Shown: one piece after another, positions 62,201 through 64,000 of the stretch
How the letters are laid out: each line of letters starts with the position of its first letter
How positions within the stretch are numbered: position 1 is the stretch's first letter
Assembly: GCA_030704615.1 (NCBI GenBank)
Contig: CM060732.1
Location: 24,180,001-24,244,000, forward strand
Direction of reading: 5' to 3'
From: Takakia lepidozioides
Lineage: Eukaryota > Plantae > Bryophyta
DNA: 64,000 nucleotides
Made by a program: the position numbers and the translations under genes
The notes under the pieces: model-generated
What the model was told of the DNA's origin: nothing
The model's database searches: none
Seen by the model: the letters and a program-made list of their open reading frames with translations, nothing else

Positions 62201-62525
62201 CCATGCTGAGCTGGAGAGATTGTTTGGGCATATGAAGGAGGCCGGGTATGTGCCTGACACACGCTTTGTGTTACATGATTTGGAGGAGGAGCAGAAGGAA
62301 TTTTCTCTCTGCCACCACAGTGAGAAGCTGGCCATTGCTTTTGGCCTCATCAGCATGCCCCCTGGGGCAACTATCCGTGTCATCAAGAACCTTCGCGTGT
62401 GTGGTGACTGCCACACGGCCACCAAATTCATCTCAAAGATTGTTGGGCGGGCAGTTGTACTACGGGACGCCAACCGCTTTCACCACTTTCAAGATGGGGT
62501 TTGTTCTTGTGGGGATTACTGGTGA
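59118..62525 (+). CDS. PLS-class PPR-E-DYW RNA-editing factor with an N-terminal OSB-type PDF motif (predicted 903 aa). Exons 59118-59340, 59610-59689, 59967-60148, 60299-62525
   Basis: The last exon holds 14 PLS repeats, E1/E2, a PG box, HSEKLA, CGDCH and a terminal DYW. The upstream exons join by GT-AG in phases 1, 0 and 2 with no stop, and encode LWQEFFSDPSQWWDNRSAK-ISPRSPDFRHKETKEVLWVESLLNPPWV. Confidence 0.85.
59503..59525. repeat. (GA)n microsatellite in the first intron of the PPR gene
   Basis: Visible dinucleotide run. Confidence 0.85.
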
Positions 62526-64000
62526 AGCAAGCAACATGCATGAAATGCTTCTAATTTTGTCATCTTTGTGAGAGGAGTGAAGTTGAAGGGACGGTTTGTG
62601 TCATTCATTGACAGTCACCACTCCATCCTCTGTTGGCTGCTCATGGTACTTGTTACAGTTGATGTATGATCATCTATCTTCAGCTGTGAACTATTGCAGG
62701 GGAGTAATGACTTCTTGCAGGGCATAATTGGGAATGAAGACATTCCTCGAGTTATTATGGAGGTTGATAATTTTGCACAAAAGGTGGTTCATCATGGGCT
62801 CCCCATTGAAGGGCACTCAGTTTCTGGAGCTCCTCTTGAACTTCAAGCTATGCTGCTAGGCAGATTGTGGTATTAGTTGAGATGGTTTAGCCAAGGCAGT
62901 ACTGATCATCAGGCCAAAAGCAGTCTCAAGTTTGGTCACACTGTGTCTCCTGCATCCAACTGGCCCAATCAGCTTTCAGATTGATTTATAGACTCTCTCA
63001 ACCTGCTAAACAGCAAGATCTGGATCCAGTCACCAAGGAGACTGTGATCTGGATCCAGTGACCATTCTTGACAGACCTCAAGTTGGAGAGAACTGTCAGA
63101 AACAAGATGAAGGAGCAGAGGATAATGGTTACAACGAGAAAGTCACCCAGGGAGCCCGTTTTGTAGATAGACTAGAGAATTTCAGGTGTTTCCATTGTTC
63201 TCTGTCAGCATGGTGCATTTTATGGGACATGCGGGAAGTGACAAGCATACAATGAAATTCGGTCCAGAACTAGTGTCTGGTCTGGACTATTTCAACGCAG
63301 TTATCACCAAAATCAGAACAAAGCCTCAAAATAAGTGTATTTAAAATGTGCATTCCACAGTGTGCCAGTAATTCCACTTCCACGTATCTATCATGTACAT
63401 TCCACACAAGCAAGACGAGTCTCAGCAATGAAGCATCTGCAATTCATTGTGGTTCTGAGAGATCAACAAGTTCAAGTAGTTATTCTTCAAAAGCTCCCCA
63501 AATGACCGTGGTATGACAGTATTGATATGGTAGCTTGTACAGAGTACCCCACATCATTATCAGCAGTCCATTAGTTGATGGTATTGAATCATTCGGGGAT
63601 ATAGTATCTTTGTTGGGTGGAGAAAATGTGCACTCCGGGGAGGCTCGCTTCGCTTCCTGCTCTCTAGTTCATCATTCCCGGTTTCTCCACCCTTTTCTCC
63701 AGATCAGGATGGCAGAGACCTGGCAGTGTGCTTCACTGCTCCCCAGAGCGCGCAGGGAGAGGCCCTAGCCTTGCCTTCTCCTTGCGGTGATCGACCCGCA
63801 GGCAGTCTGCCAATCTAATTTGCGGAAAGAAAAGTGTTGTGGTTTGAGAAGGATGTTTTGACAGTTCAGCTTTATCAACAAAGGCACGCCAGTAAGGATC
63901 AGATCATCTGTTGGACGTGGGATGTGCGATAGAGGTTCACAACACCTCCTCATGTGCCTTCTCCCTTCATCATATAATTGAAAATCAACCACTGGTGGAG

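Noticed and set aside
60503-62473. Antisense ORFs over the PPR, LINE, ABCG and Gly-rich exons
   Set aside because: These are shadow ORFs caused by codon bias on the coding strand.
60450-62525. Stand-alone single-exon PPR gene starting at 60450
   Set aside because: It has no transit peptide, and the frame stays open back to a good acceptor at 60298 that is phase-compatible with the upstream exons.
62600-64000. Minus-strand coding-looking fragments at the end of the window
   Set aside because: Interrupted by stops, with no identifiable family.

Overview
Eukaryotic, intron-rich plant nuclear DNA, most likely from a seed-free land plant with flagellated sperm. This is inferred from a PLS-DYW PPR gene, an ODA1/DC2-like flagellar gene and RTE-X LINEs. 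Six host genes were reconstructed by hand from GT/GC-AG splice sites and protein motifs: the 3' part of MED25/PFT1 (+), a CERES-like LRR eIF4E-binding protein (-), an ABCG1/6/20-clade half transporter (+), NOT2/VIP2 (+), a divergent ODA1/DCC2 (CCDC114/63)-like coiled-coil gene (-) and a PLS-PPR-E-DYW gene (+). Introns and intergenic DNA hold seven copies of one RTE-X-like LINE family, a young but disabled Ty1/copia element, a Ty3 chromovirus remnant, Dualen/RandI-like LINE remnants, a tRNA-like sequence and a candidate non-autonomous piggyBac-like element. The most striking observation is that three small upstream exons splice in frame onto the PPR-DYW ORF and encode an OSB-type 'PDF' single-stranded-DNA-binding motif. 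This predicts a 903-aa organellar ssDNA-binding/PPR/cytidine-deaminase fusion. All gene models and family calls are by eye, without database searches.
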